A stretch of DNA of 64,000 bases. Origin: Clytia hemisphaerica. Taxonomy: Eukaryota. Location: the NCBI RefSeq assembly GCF_902728285.1, contig NW_027103826.1:116759-180758 (forward strand), read 5' to 3'. The notes beneath the pieces were generated by a model. The model saw only the letters and a program-made list of their open reading frames with translations, ran no database searches and was not told the DNA's origin. Shown here one piece after another: positions 1 to 11,163 of this stretch. Each line of letters starts with the position of its first letter. The first letter of the stretch is position 1. A program made the translations under genes and the position numbers.

Positions 1-267
1 GAGTTTTGGAACTCAATCTTTATGAAAAATTAAATTAGCTATGGAAAAAGGTAAATGAGTGAAAAATGTCTTCAAATATTTGATATTGTAGCGCTTAATT
101 GGGCCAGTTGGGCTATTTACAAGACCCCTATTTTCGAGCCTAAGGCACATTCTGAAAATCAATCTTTTGATTAAAAACGGTAGCAGCTCCAAATCCTGGA
201 ATTTTGCCTGCGATGGGGAGATGATTTATTAACTAAAAATAATCCGACGAATACCGTTTCCACTTAC

Positions 268-387
268 CCATATAGTCAACAATAGTGTCGACATACATGA
301 CTCTTTTATCCTCCAATGACATCGATTCTGTGCACGTGTTCAACATGTAACCGAAAGTGATGCGATTACAAATGTTCATATCTAAAC
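268..387 (-). CDS. COLGALT-like gene A exon 6; the gene continues beyond the 5' edge of the window
   Basis: Acceptor tttccatag, donor g|gtaagt. Encodes LDMNICNRITFGYMLNTCTESMSLEDKRVMYVDTIVDYM (compare QMYVCNKEEYGFLPVPL). Same length (120) and phase as gene B exon 6. Confidence 0.5.
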
Positions 388-433
388 CTATGGAAACAAG
401 ATGGAAACCGTTAAAAACATTGTTTTGACAATA

Positions 434-607
434 CAGTTGATGCTCTCTAATTCTATCTTCAAGGGGGATTGGATTTTTATCGAATAAGGGAGCTTATCGA
501 ATAAGGGAGCGTCGTTTATGAGAGTTTCTTGTTGACGAGGACTTTAAATTTCATCGAATAAGGGAGCCTATCGAATAGTAGAACATCGAATTAGAGAGCG
601 TCAACTG
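434..607. mobile_element. Tc1/mariner-type (Stowaway-like) MITE, 21-bp TIRs CAGTTGATGCTCTCTAATTC, TA TSD
   Basis: TA at 432..433 and 608..609. TIR reverse complement at 587..607. Internal TCGAATAAGGGAGC repeats. Confidence 0.6.
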
Positions 608-1133
608 TAAACAAAACAGGTGCGCTATTATATGCTGACAAAGCAGAATTAACAAAAGAAGTTTTCTGCGATAAAATGCTTGGACGAGAAAAAAGCAAAG
701 AAAACAGAAAAACAAAAAAACCCTAACTATCCTCTAATTGAGTTTTAATGGCAGATAAGAGATCTAGAAAAAATGACTTCTTCCTCAAATGAAATTGCAA
801 GCCTTTTCCGAAAAGAAAGGAAATCTTATAAGGGACTTAAATGATTCATTAAAAAATGTATCTTCTACGATTCTCCATTCGATTTCAAACTCACGAGGAG
901 TTTTATCTAAAGAATCCTATATTACTAAAGATAGACAAAAAGAACGACAAATTAAAAAAACGACATTTCACAAAACGCCGTTCACAACCCCGACCGAAAG
1001 TAATTGTAACACTCCTACAAATTCATACCTCTTTGTTTATCACGGAAACTAACTGCATGTGGTTTAAAAGAACGACGAATTACGCATGCATGTTACAATG
1101 CAGGATTCTTTAGAGGAACAGACTGTCACTCAC

Positions 1134-1338
1134 CAAGGTTCCTTGCAGTATGAGCAAACACCAGGATGTCGTCGACTTCATTCTCATAACTGGATACAAC
1201 AGGATAAAATTGTAAATTATCTGTCTTATTGTTCCTTAACTCGATCAAGTAGGTTGAATGGACCATGGGCACAGTGAAAGTCCCTAATTTCTCCCATCGC
1301 AAAATCTCAAAATAGCTGTCAACACGTTTGTAGTAACC
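1134..1338 (-). CDS. COLGALT-like gene A exon 5
   Basis: Acceptor ctattacag, which lies in the (TATC)n tail of an upstream SINE. Encodes GYYKRVDSYFEILRWEKLGTFTVPMVHSTYLIELRNNKTD..VDDILVFAHTARNL (compare GYYKRTP.Y.PIR...GCFAVPMVHSTFLIDLRK). Donor g|gtgagt. Confidence 0.55.
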
Positions 1339-1341
1339 CTG

Positions 1342-1688
1342 TAATAGATAGATAAATAGATATGAACGAATGCATTTGGGATGGGTCCTACTCCCGAAGG
1401 AGTATGAATCATGGCGCTGACAGACACTGCGACTCGAAAGACGCGAACTGCCAAGCTATGGCGTATACCATGACACTCGAACGACACTGGGAGAGCGATG
1501 CTTACACGAGGTCGAACCTTATGAGTACTAAGGCACGTGTCCTTCCCCATTCAGCTCACATGGCATGGATTAACCCGGGTAAGGTATACTCACTTGCCAA
1601 GTGAATCGTAGAGACACGGTGGGTATCGAACTCGGGCCTCCCAAGCGGGAGTCAAGGATGATAACCACTATACCACTACGCCTGTAAC
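1342..1688 (-). mobile_element. tRNA-derived SINE, copy 1 (tRNA-like head at the high-coordinate end, (TATC)n tail at the low end)
   Basis: The minus-strand head GGCGTAGTGGTATAGTGGTTATC...GGGAGGCCCGAGTTCGATACCC has A-box and B-box consensus. The body holds cacatggcatgg..acccggg..cacttgccaagtgaatc. The tail atatctatttatctatctat abuts the gene A exon 5 acceptor. Confidence 0.6.
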
Positions 1689-2325
1689 CTTGTAACAGAT
1701 TTAGAAAAAATAGTATATCAGCCTTGTTTTTTCTGTCATATGTTTCCAACATTGAAACATTTTTTCGTTAGAGATTTTTCAATCAAAACGTACAGTAGCA
1801 ATACTTGTGCAATACTACAAAATACAGAAAGTCTTCCAAACGTGGATGAAACTTCGAGGAGCTTTTTCACGAGTCTATTATTGAAGCCAATTTTTCCTGT
1901 GGGTAGGGAGCCCTAGGCAGGTCTATGGTACGTGATAAATATGATACACGCTTTTTTTTTATAAGAATACACTTTATAAGAATGTCCATGATGAAAATGG
2001 CCAAAAAAATAAGAATATGGTAAGAATATCACCATCATGGAATTTAGCAACTGAACCTAAAAATGCCATTTTTAATGCATTTTAACCTGTAGATTGCCAA
2101 TTTCGATCTTAACCTAAGAATACCGTAAGAATATTTTTGGATGATTTTCACCAAAAAGTTAAGAATATCCATGATGGAATGAAAATACACCATTCTTATA
2201 AAAAAAAAGCATGTACTACAAGCTAAAAGTAACGGGCAAGAACTATTCATATTGAATAAAAATAAAATTCTATCGAAGCACTCCCAACATTTTGAGTAAA
2301 GAATCTGACTGAAATGAATTCTTAC

Positions 2326-2404
2326 CCGTTCATCGACACCGCCCCAGAAATTGGAATATGCTGATTTGCCTTGAAACAATCGGAGCATAGGAGCTATAAT
2401 CGCT
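2326..2404 (-). CDS. COLGALT-like gene A exon 4
   Basis: Encodes (K)AIIAPMLRLFQGKSAYSNFWGGVDER (compare VAPML...AYSNFWCG). Donor CGG|gtaaga. Phase consistent with exon 3. Confidence 0.55.
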
Positions 2405-2852
2405 CTATAATATAATGAAGAAAAAAATAGTTGAATTAAAATGTTTAGCTTAAGATTATTGAGCATTTCTTCCTCATCGTATCTACTATAAGATACTTTA
2501 AAACAGCCAAATAAACAAATCTTGGAGTCATGTGATTTTTTTCCTGGACCTCAAAATATGTTTGCTTAAAACTATTTTCAAAAGTCGAATTATATTAAAT
2601 ACAAGTTTATGACTTTTTGTGAAAAGAAACAATAGAATTTCAACGTAAGAACCGTGTAAGAACTCATTTTCAGAAATTTCAAATTGTGATATTTCGATTT
2701 GGGAAAAAAGTTAGACGAAGATACTTAGGAATTTTACTCGGGACCAACGAAGGTTTATGCGGGCTCAAACCATCTGTTTATCACTTTAACTATAATATCG
2801 CAATTTATCGAGGCCCAATTCGTCGCAATACTCAGTATGAATAAATACTTAC

Positions 2853-2917
2853 TTCTTCTCATTGATTAGTATTTTCAGCGTCCTTGATTCTGTAATAAAG
2901 TTGTCACCATCAACAAA
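2853..2917 (-). CDS. COLGALT-like gene A exon 3 (65 nt)
   Basis: Acceptor ctttag, donor aa|gtaagt. Encodes FVDGDNFITESRTLKILINEKK (compare FVDADN...L..LI.ENK). Phase consistent. Confidence 0.55.
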
Positions 2918-3251
2918 CTAAAGAATGAAAAGAAACTATAGTAATAATGAAATAGAAATGTCACATATAATTCAAGGGCTTTATTTATTTGGAGTTACTG
3001 CTATATGGCCATGATTGACGGACTTGTATTCAATCAAGAGGGTTTATTCAAGTAAAAGATTCATGATATTGGTTATAGATATACAGACAGTAGAGACTCT
3101 ATAACTAGAACAGAAAGGGGAGGAAATGAAATGGTTCTTCGAGTTGAGAAGACATCCGTGTTGATAGCTATCGAAAGAGGAGCCTTCGGGTCGCCTCCGA
3201 CTGCGGCCGCAGACTTACTTATAAAGATTTATTAGGAGGAATTTCACGTTA

Positions 3252-3565
3252 CCAAGGAGCCCGGGGGGGGGGGGTAGTCAGGCAAATTGACCGACGGGTA
3301 TGTGCGGCGGTTAAGGGTATATTTTTTTAAATAGCAGAAATGCACTGTACGGGTTGAAATTTCAGCATATCTAGGAAAAAATTTCAAATTTTTGTCCGAA
3401 ACTCTTGATTTTTTTTGCTCTAAAAGAGTTGAAAATTTGAAAAAAGTCACTGCAAGGGTGTGAATTTCACCGATTTTTTGCTGCACTGTAAGGGTGCGAT
3501 TCTAAAAGCCAATTTTTTCTCCACACATACCGTCGTTGGTAAACCAACTGCCCCCCCCCCCGGGC
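3252..3565. mobile_element. ~310-bp inverted-repeat element with G12/C11-containing ~40-bp TIRs
   Basis: gagcccgggggggggggtagtcagg..accgacgggtatgtg (3252..) is the reverse complement of cacataccgtcgttggtaaaccaactgcccccccccccgggcc (..3565). Confidence 0.45.
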
Positions 3566-3923
3566 CAAGAAGACATTTGAGTTGTTAAGACTCCTCTGTA
3601 TCAGAATACAAAAAATCTGTCTTCAGTATAGTCAGAATCACAGATACACGTAGTATAAGCTGGTATAAGACGTAAATAGTTAGAAGATACCAGACTGTGA
3701 CAAATACAATGGTCAAACCAAGGTTTTTCGTCTGAGATGGAAAACGGATTTTACACAGCAATTTTAGGACATATCTTGAAATTTCGGAGAATTATGCAGA
3801 ATTTTGAGACGGAAATCCCTCTTTATTTACTTCATAAAGACGGATATCGGTCTGAGATGGAAGACTCTGCAAATACAATGCTGCTGTACAAACTATTATT
3901 AGAAAAACAGTCAAACCACTCAC

Positions 3924-4152
3924 GAAAATATAATCTGCCCATTGTTTTCTTGCTTCATCCAAAGCATTTTGTTTCAATTTCAATAAATTATGATATCGTT
4001 CTGATGTCCATTGATTGGGTCCTTTTGCATTACTATAGTTTTTTGGTTGTGCTTCATGTCTCAAGATGATGTTGTGATATCCTTTCTCAACATTTTCCTT
4101 CCAAGTTTTCAAAACATGCGCAGTGTCGTCTTCATTATGATCCGTTTGAATT
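3924..4152 (-). CDS. COLGALT-like gene A exon 2 (229 nt)
   Basis: Acceptor ttttgtag, donor TTC|gtgagt. Encodes ..IQTDHNEDD..WTSERYHNLLKLKQNALDEARKQWADYIF (conserved ..KLRQ.AL..AR..WADYI.F). Same length and phase as gene B exon 2. Confidence 0.6.
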
Positions 4153-4207
4153 CTACAAAATTTGAAAAATGTTTTCTTTCACTTTCACTTTCTTTTTTTA
4201 TATAAAT

Positions 4208-4443
4208 CGAGACCAATTTAATTTATCGTTCTACAGGAAGACCTTCAGAAAAATACGGGTCGGTCGGTCGATTGGTACTTCTTTATCTATCAGCGACTCT
4301 CGTGCCGTTTTCATTGTGATATTCTAAATTCATCTCAGTTCTAGGATTTACACTATCTGCAAAAAAACTTTCAGATTATTAATCTTTTCGATTTTAGATA
4401 ACAGGGTCGGTCAGGTCCGTTAGAGTAATAAATTAATTTGGTC
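4208..4443. mobile_element. MITE family with GAGACCAATTTAATTT.. TIRs and an internal GGGTCGGTCGGTCG motif, copy 1
   Basis: 4208..4236 (gagaccaatttaatttatcgttctacagg) is the reverse complement of 4415..4443 (ccgttagagtaataaattaatttggtctc). Confidence 0.5.
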
Positions 4444-7089
4444 TCCCCTAAAGGATAAAAAATCATTTATACACGTTGGTTGAATTTTTTATAAAAACAT
4501 CAAAAGTTTTTGAAGCCTTAGGACATTCTTAATTTTTTGAGTTTTAAGCCTAAAAATGTTCAAAACATGTTCTTAAAATGTTCTTAACATAACATGTTTT
4601 TTAAAATCTTGGACATCGAAGCCGTATGTTCTTATATAGTTTGTTCTTATAAAAAATCATCTATACATTTCTTAGAAGGGAAAACTGGAAATTATTATTA
4701 TCGAGTATTATTATTGGTAGATGTTTAATAATAATTCTAACTGTGGATGTGATATAAAAAGTACGAGACTTTGATGGATGTTTTCTCCAAGACTTCATTC
4801 AATAATAATAATACAAAAAACAACATTTTGGTTTCTGATTTTCAATCATCAGTGAAAATCTTTCTGATTTTCAAAATATGGCTTCAATTATTATGGCTTT
4901 ATAAATTTGTTTAGACTATGATCAGACTATATTGTAAATCGAAGCGAGAATTATACCGAAATTTCAGAGAAATGTCTCCCTTATATCACCAAGGATTTGT
5001 GGGTTTCTGAACCAGAAATTCAAATAATACTTGACAGTATAACATAGTTTTATAAGGTGTAGTAATAATGGCCCTTGTAAAATCTTAAGACTTTTTTACA
5101 CATTGTCTAACGTCTTTTTATCATTGTTAAAAGACTTATCCCATCACAGGGATGGTGCTCTAAGAATGTGGAATCTTTATAAAGAAGGTCATTTTCTCTG
5201 CGAATGGAATTCAGAACTAAATTTGGCAGGGCTTAGAATGGATTTAATAGTTTCTCAATTCAGAAGCTCCAATAACCTACTCCGTGTTTGTTAAGTGGGG
5301 CAAACAAAACATTCCCTCATTGAAAAACATAATCCAGCGATGATTAAGGACCTCTTCAAAAAAAAAAGAAATATTTTATTTATATGTCAAATAAACAAAA
5401 ATGACAATACGATTGAAACAATATATTTGCTGAAGAAAATAAAATGCCTTTATCAGTTATTCATGTTAGAAGTCTTTTGATAGACTTATTAAAAATTGAC
5501 AAACTTTTAAACGTTTAAAAAGATCCCCACAAAACTAAATATTAGAGGCTTAACATCATCATCTTTTTAGGTCTATTTCCTGTGCAATATTTACTTATAT
5601 AGTGTGATGTTTGTTCATTTAAGTATTTAGAGTATTATCAAAATGACATCAGTTTCCTGCTTCACATTTTAAGGAGGCTGTGTGACACTTTTTTTCATAT
5701 GAAAACATTTTTTGAAACCTCCAATTTGATAGATGAGAACTTTCCAAGTTTTCAATTTATATAAAGTAAAGCCACTTTGAATAAACAAAATGTTAGATTC
5801 AAAATAAATAATTTTTCAATCGTAATATGCCAAATGAAACACCTGCTTGATTTTGTCTGTAGAATAAACCACTCCCCAAATCAAATAACTTTTTTACCCT
5901 TTGATATAAAGAGTCATAAAGACAGATACAGAGACACAAACAATGGTTAGGAAAAGGGAATAAATGATGAGAGGCAATTACAATATACTGTGTTTACAAC
6001 TTTTAATTAACCCCATTCAAGAGCATTTTACATTTGAACCTTTATTTTTGCACACCTCATATTTTCTAAATATTTGTGGTCGAAAATAGTGATATAATGG
6101 GAAAATAATGCAGGCCTTTTTCTTGCACTTTTTTATTATTCCACCATTACTATAGGACACCCTCTAAACCAACAACCAAAAATAAAAATCTGAAAAGAGC
6201 ACCACCCTCTAATATGCCCATCAGGGCTTTACTCTTCATAATAAATATCATTGGCTTACTCACCATAATTCAACCTTTAAAAAAAAATAGATAAATTTCA
6301 ATTCAGGGTCAAGGTAGCTTTGAAATTCATGCTATGATTTCTTCTTTTATATACTGATGACAAAATGAATAGGTGGTTTGGGCTATGAGATTGAATTTCC
6401 CAGATTCTAATGACAGTTGACAAACTAATCAAATTTGTTAAACTTTCACTGGTCATACTTTCTTAGAAAAAAACACAAATTCTGGAAATTTGATATTAAT
6501 ATTAGCGCTAAATTTGAATTTCCCACAGTAAATTTTTTGAGGCAGAAGAGAAATCTACCTCACAGGTCATACCTATATATATATCAGATTATAAAAACAC
6601 AGAACGGGTCTCCTGACTAGGGTCAGTGCAAGAATAGGGAACAAAATATGGGCTAGTTTCAAACACAATTGTGAAGGCGATTCCTGAGTTTAAATTACAG
6701 GAAAGGTGTAGATTTCAAAATATATTAAAGGAGGAAATTTCATAGTGTGCAGAGGGGTCCAGCCCCCAGCATTTTTCAGGGGGGGGCTAAGGAAATTATA
6801 GCCCCCGTCTAAATTCTAGAAACATAGCCCCCACCCTCACAAAGCAAAATATCAAAGAAATTTTGCATGTAAATTCTCAATAAACTTACTGCCCCGCAGA
6901 TAAAAATTTTTTTCAAGAGGGATAAAACCTTCCCCACAGCATAGATTTTTAACATAATTTAAAATATCTTTAACCTATAAGCTTTGCTCCCAGTTCTATT
7001 ACACAACACTCAGCCCACCCCTAGCAAGCTAGTCGCCAGTATTTTTTTTTAAATACAGCCCCTAATCAATCAAAAACGATTTAGCCCCC

Positions 7090-7320
7090 CCTAAACTCAG
7101 GGGGTGCGTTCTATGAATTTTGAGGGAACTTAATTTTGGGAATTTGATCAAAATCTGCCAAATTAAGTTACCGCCAAATTTAATTTTTCTGTCATCCGCC
7201 AAATGAAATTCCTGCCAAATTTTGTTTTCCAAGTTAACTGCCAAATTAAATTCACTCTGAAAAAACTTTTTCTACCATCCGCCAAATTAAATTCCTGCAA
7301 AAATTTCTTCCTTTAATGTA
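7090..7320 (+). repeat. Tandem ~40-bp repeats (CCGCCAAATTAAATTCCTG..) x4
   Basis: ccgccaaatttaattttt, ccgccaaatgaaattcctg, ctgccaaattaaattcac, ccgccaaattaaattcctg. Confidence 0.6.
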
Positions 7321-7692
7321 ACAATTTTGCAGATAAAAGAAATTGCAAATACAATAGGCATAACACAAAAGTGACTACTGTAAGTTAGCCTAATAACGTC
7401 ATCCCTTATCTAATTATGATGACACCCTAGGATTAAAAGGTAGGTTAGAATCACTGATTGAAAATATTTTTTCCTGTCCAGCCGCTAAATAGCCACCAAC
7501 GATTCTTACCTTCCTATTGTTCCAAGCTATAAAGAAGGGTGTCAGAATTAGATTAGGGATGCTGACATTAGACCAACTTATGGTGTGTAACACCTTGTGT
7601 AACTTCATTGGAGAAATTGATAAAATTGTATTTATTGAAAATTGGATGGATGAAATAGTTGTGAATGGGATAGGGTGTATATATTGTATTAC

Positions 7693-7993
7693 TGTTAACT
7701 GCTCTAACTTGAGACAAAACTCTGACAAAACATGGGGCGGCAATTTGGCTACCATTTCACCAAACCTCCAAAGTCATTTGATTTGATTTAATGAACGGCG
7801 TATTAAAAAGTACACGATTTCTCTTTTGCACCGAGTAGGCTTTTAAATCAAAATATGAGAAGTATGATTGATAAACTTGGTTGAGTTATCAAAACAAATT
7901 TGTTGTCAAAGAGATTTAACAGTGAAAATACAGGCCAGACAATATCAACCAGCCCCATGTTTCGACCAATCATCCCAAGTTAGAGCAGTTGAC
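7693..7993. mobile_element. MITE with GTTAACTGCTCTAACTTGAGA / TCCCAAGTTAGAGCAGTTGAC TIRs
   Basis: The termini are inverted complements. Interior (acatggggcggcaatttggctaccatttcacc...ttgttgtcaaagagatttaac) recurs at 13859..14160 and 14815..14893. The spurious ORFs 7414..7755 and 13645..13917 derive from it. Confidence 0.5.
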
Positions 7994-8061
7994 CGTATTA
8001 CTCCAGCATAGATTACTTCCCCTCAGCTAGTACAAACAGGTATGAATTATTGTCCCAGGTA

Positions 8062-8300
8062 CCGTGAAGTCGGGTAACTTCCATCTGTGGAGGCTAACAT
8101 TCAAAGCCCTCAAATTCACCAATCAAAGCAGCAAAATTTCAAAACAAATTAACTACGCAGCCAGACGCAGCTCCTTGTCGCAGCTCTACTCTACCATTTT
8201 TGTTTTGATTGAACTTTGTATACTTTAAGGACCAGCCAGGTCATTCGTTTGAGGGCTATGCATGTTAGCCTCCACTGATGCAAGTTACCTGATCTCACGG
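8062..8300. mobile_element. TA-flanked MITE with ~52-bp TIRs (CCGTGAAGTCGGGTAACTTCCATCTGTGGAGGCTAACAT...)
   Basis: 8062..8115 is the reverse complement of 8248..8300, with a few mismatches. TA on both flanks (8060..8061, 8301..8302). Confidence 0.5.
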
Positions 8301-8542
8301 TATATAACAGCTGTGTTGTAAAAAAACAAATCAATTATATGATGTTTTTAGGAAAAAAAGATTTATGCTGGAGTATTTAGCTATTCAAAAGACTGTTATG
8401 TTTACCCAAACCACTATTCTAATTCTGATTGATATCCTAACCACTAGAAAAGTGGCAAAAGTATCTTAGTGCAGAAATGGGAATCATTTCTTCTTCGCAA
8501 TAAAGAATAGCATAGACAATCAAGCAAAAAAATTATACTTAC

Positions 8543-8739
8543 AAAATTGATATCCTATCCTTTGGATAGTCTAATTTTTCGATATAACCTAAGTATGTTG
8601 GTAGTGTGTGTTCTTCATTCCTTGATATAATTGATAGGAAAACAGATGGTGGCTTCAAGAAGGCTTCTCGGTTGTATTCTTGACATAAACATTTAGCCAA
8701 CAAAAGCCCAACAATAAAAAGTTTAGAACCTGCCATCAT
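8543..8739 (-). CDS. COLGALT/GLT25D-like glycosyltransferase gene A, exon 1. ATG at 8739, signal peptide, ends phase 2 at donor tt|gtaagt
   Basis: Translation MMAGSKLFIVGLLLAKCLCQEYNREAFLKPPSVFLSIISRNEEHTLPTYLGYIEKLDYPKDRISI matches the N-terminal motif of GT25 collagen galactosyltransferases (..ARNAEHSLP..LG.LERLDYP..R..). GT donor follows. Confidence 0.6.
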
Positions 8740-9233
8740 GAAAATCTGCAGTACTAAAATAAAAAACACTTTATACTTTCATTTCTTTTCACAACTGAAT
8801 GGCAACTTGTAAAATTGTTTTTAATATGATATGTACAGCTTGATGATATCTTGTTGACTTCCGTTAAAAAGGCTTAAAAATTGAATTAAAATTGTATCAA
8901 TTGTCTTTGAGAGAGACTCTCACTTTTTTTTTAGTCAATTCGAATGATTCTACACGTTGTCAGTTTTGTTATGTCTTGATTACCCAATCGGAACATAGCT
9001 TTTATCTTTTTTCGTGTTTGAGCAGTCGAGGCAAGTATAAACAAATCAGAATCGAAAGTGTTTTTTTGATCGCTTTTTTGCATTTGGCGCTTGACAAAAA
9101 AACAGACACTTAAGTCAATCTTTGAGGCAAGTATAACAGGTAAAATAAAAGGCTCTTCAAATTTAAAAACAATCTAAAGAAATGATAATTTGTTTGTATT
9201 TCTGAATTTAAGTTTTCAAATTGCTCAAAAGAT

Positions 9234-9447
9234 ATGGTTGTCGATGACAAGTTTGTTAGGATTTGCGCCAGTGGCAACAAAGATGGCGTCATAGAAATGA
9301 TCGAAAATGAAAGTGAGAATAACAATGTAAATGCGAAGATCTTGCATGGGAAATCTCCTATAGAGGTAGCAACATGTTTTGGACACATTGGTGTAGTAGA
9401 AGAGTTGATCAAAAATGGTGTGGAAGTTCAGCAGACATCTCAATCAG
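9234..9447 (+). CDS. Ankyrin-repeat protein gene exon 1 (ATG 9234)
   Basis: MVVDDKFVRICASGNKDGVIEMIENESENNNVNAKILHGKSPIEVATCFGHIGVVEELIKNGVEVQQTSQS carries the ANK consensus (..G.TPL..A...GH..VV..LL..GA..N). Donor cag|gtattt. Confidence 0.5.
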
Positions 9448-9530
9448 GTATTTAAAGGAAAGCAAGAAACTTCAATTTCAATTTAAAAAGCCGATATTTT
9501 GAAACTGCGAGACTAATATCTTCAAGATAA

Positions 9531-10700
9531 ACGACCCTGCCGACGCGCATCGGGCAGTCGTCCGGGGTTTTGTCCGGTGCCAAAAAGTAGGAAAGAGTTA
9601 CATCGGATCACCCAAAGTACCTTCATGTTTTTATTTTATTTTCTTATCTCTGATCCTGTCTTTCTCTTTTCTGACTGTCTGAGTTTCTGAGTTTCTGAGA
9701 CTTAGTTTCTCATTTCTGACTGAGTTTTCATACCTGTCAATCATTTGTCCATCAATTTCGACCTTCCTAATTTTCGACCCGAGCGGGATTCGAACTAGAC
9801 TAGTAAACTAGTCGTTGAAAACAGACCTATTATACAAAAAATCAAGCTCCAAATAGAAGTTGCGTCTCTTTTCTGAATTTCAACGACTAGAAGCTACTTC
9901 CCTCAAAAAACGTTGTTTAATTTTACAACTTTTTTTAGGTTTTTGAGAATCCATCCAACTTTTTTGACTAAATAATATTTCATAGTAACATTGAACATGG
10001 GAACATATAAATAAATGAGCATTTCTAAAAACGCAGTAAACAGAAAGAAAAATAAATGCAATCCCGCACGGGTCAGACATACAGAAATCTGTATGTCTCT
10101 CCTTACGATTTTAGGTGAAGAAAAAAAGGCGTTGGAAGTAGCTTCTAGTCGGTTATTTTCCTTTTCTCTCACGCGCGCTGAATATTTAATTAGTGTTTAC
10201 ATTATTTGATTGACAGTTTTATTATAAGGTTATAAGTAATAACCGACTAGTTTACTAGTCTAGATTCGAACCACCACCAAAGAAAGACCTTCAGATTCGG
10301 AAGCCAGCGCTCTATCCAAAGAGCCATCGCCGCACATCAAATCCACACAATTCATAACATATTATACCGAACTGGCAAAAGACGGGGGTAATGTTATTAT
10401 AATATGGGTAAAAGTACCCCTTTTTTAAACCTGACTGAAATTCGAGCCGTTACTAGCAACCCTGCGGGGCCCAAGGCGCCGAGTATGCACCCGGCACAGT
10501 GACAAGCCGTTACTAGCAACCCTGACCCTACCTAACTGTTAGTTAATCAATTCCAAACAACAAAACCCCCGGAAAGGTGACTATCAGCGATCCGTGGATA
10601 AAAAAATAAAAAAATGAAAAATAAAAAAATGAAGGTAACTTTGGGTGATCCGATATAACTCTCTCCCAAAAAGTATCCCTCAGCCACACCGGAAACCTTT
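9531..10700. mobile_element. Composite nested inverted-repeat element inside the ANK-gene intron (outer IR 9560..9610 vs 10625..10670; inner IRs 9793..9820 vs 10243..10272 and 9884..9902 vs 10133..10151). It carries a tRNA-like module (10262..10340, minus) and GGTTGCTAGTAACGGC repeats
   Basis: gagttacatcggatcacccaaagtacc is the reverse complement of ggtaactttgggtgatccgatataactc. cgactagtttactagtctag is the reverse complement of ctagactagtaaactagtcg. The modules are shared with the MITE at 46690..47187. Confidence 0.45.
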
Positions 10701-10995
10701 TGTCCGGTGTTAGTCTAGTTTTAATTTTTTGGGACTCAAGTCTGGTGTTCGTAAAGTCTGGGTGCATCGGCAGGGCGTCAAGATAATAGGCTATAAGTAA
10801 GGGCCATTAGGCTATTAGGTACCAGAGAGTAAATAGGTGAATCAATTATTATATCGTTAAAGGGATGGTCACAATAAGAGAAGTTAAGGAAACTTTACTT
10901 ATTTTACTCCCATTTTGCAAAATTTAACAAAATAATATTTTTATCATAAAATTTAACTTGTATTTTACAAATTTTCGTGATTTTATTTATCACAG

Positions 10996-11163
10996 GGTAT
11001 ACACTTCTTCATTGGGCAGCATGTTGGGGTCGCCTTGAACTGGTGAAGTTCTTTGTTGAATCCAATGTCAACATTTTCTTGAAAAACAACAATGATGAAA
11101 CAGCAACAGAAATGGCTGAACGTTACGAAAAAATGGATTGTGTTGCATTCTTGAAAAAAGCAG
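10996..11163 (+). CDS. Ankyrin-repeat protein gene exon 2 (more exons lie downstream, unresolved)
   Basis: Acceptor ttatcacag. Encodes (G)YTLLHWAACWGRLELVKFFVESNVNIFLKNNNDETATEMAERYEKMDCVAFLKKA. Donor g|gtattg. Phase consistent with exon 1. The 1.5-kb intron holds a composite inverted-repeat element. Confidence 0.5.

Noticed and set aside
1284-1604. ORFs 1284..1550 (minus strand) and 1362..1604 (plus strand)
   Set aside because: They lie inside tRNA-derived SINE copy 1. Equivalent spurious ORFs (17771..18082 and 17809..18054) sit in SINE copy 2.
7414-7755. Paired ORFs 7414..7755 and 13645..13917 sharing the N-terminus MV(A/T)KLP.HVLS
   Set aside because: The similarity comes from two copies of the same MITE and adjacent repeats.
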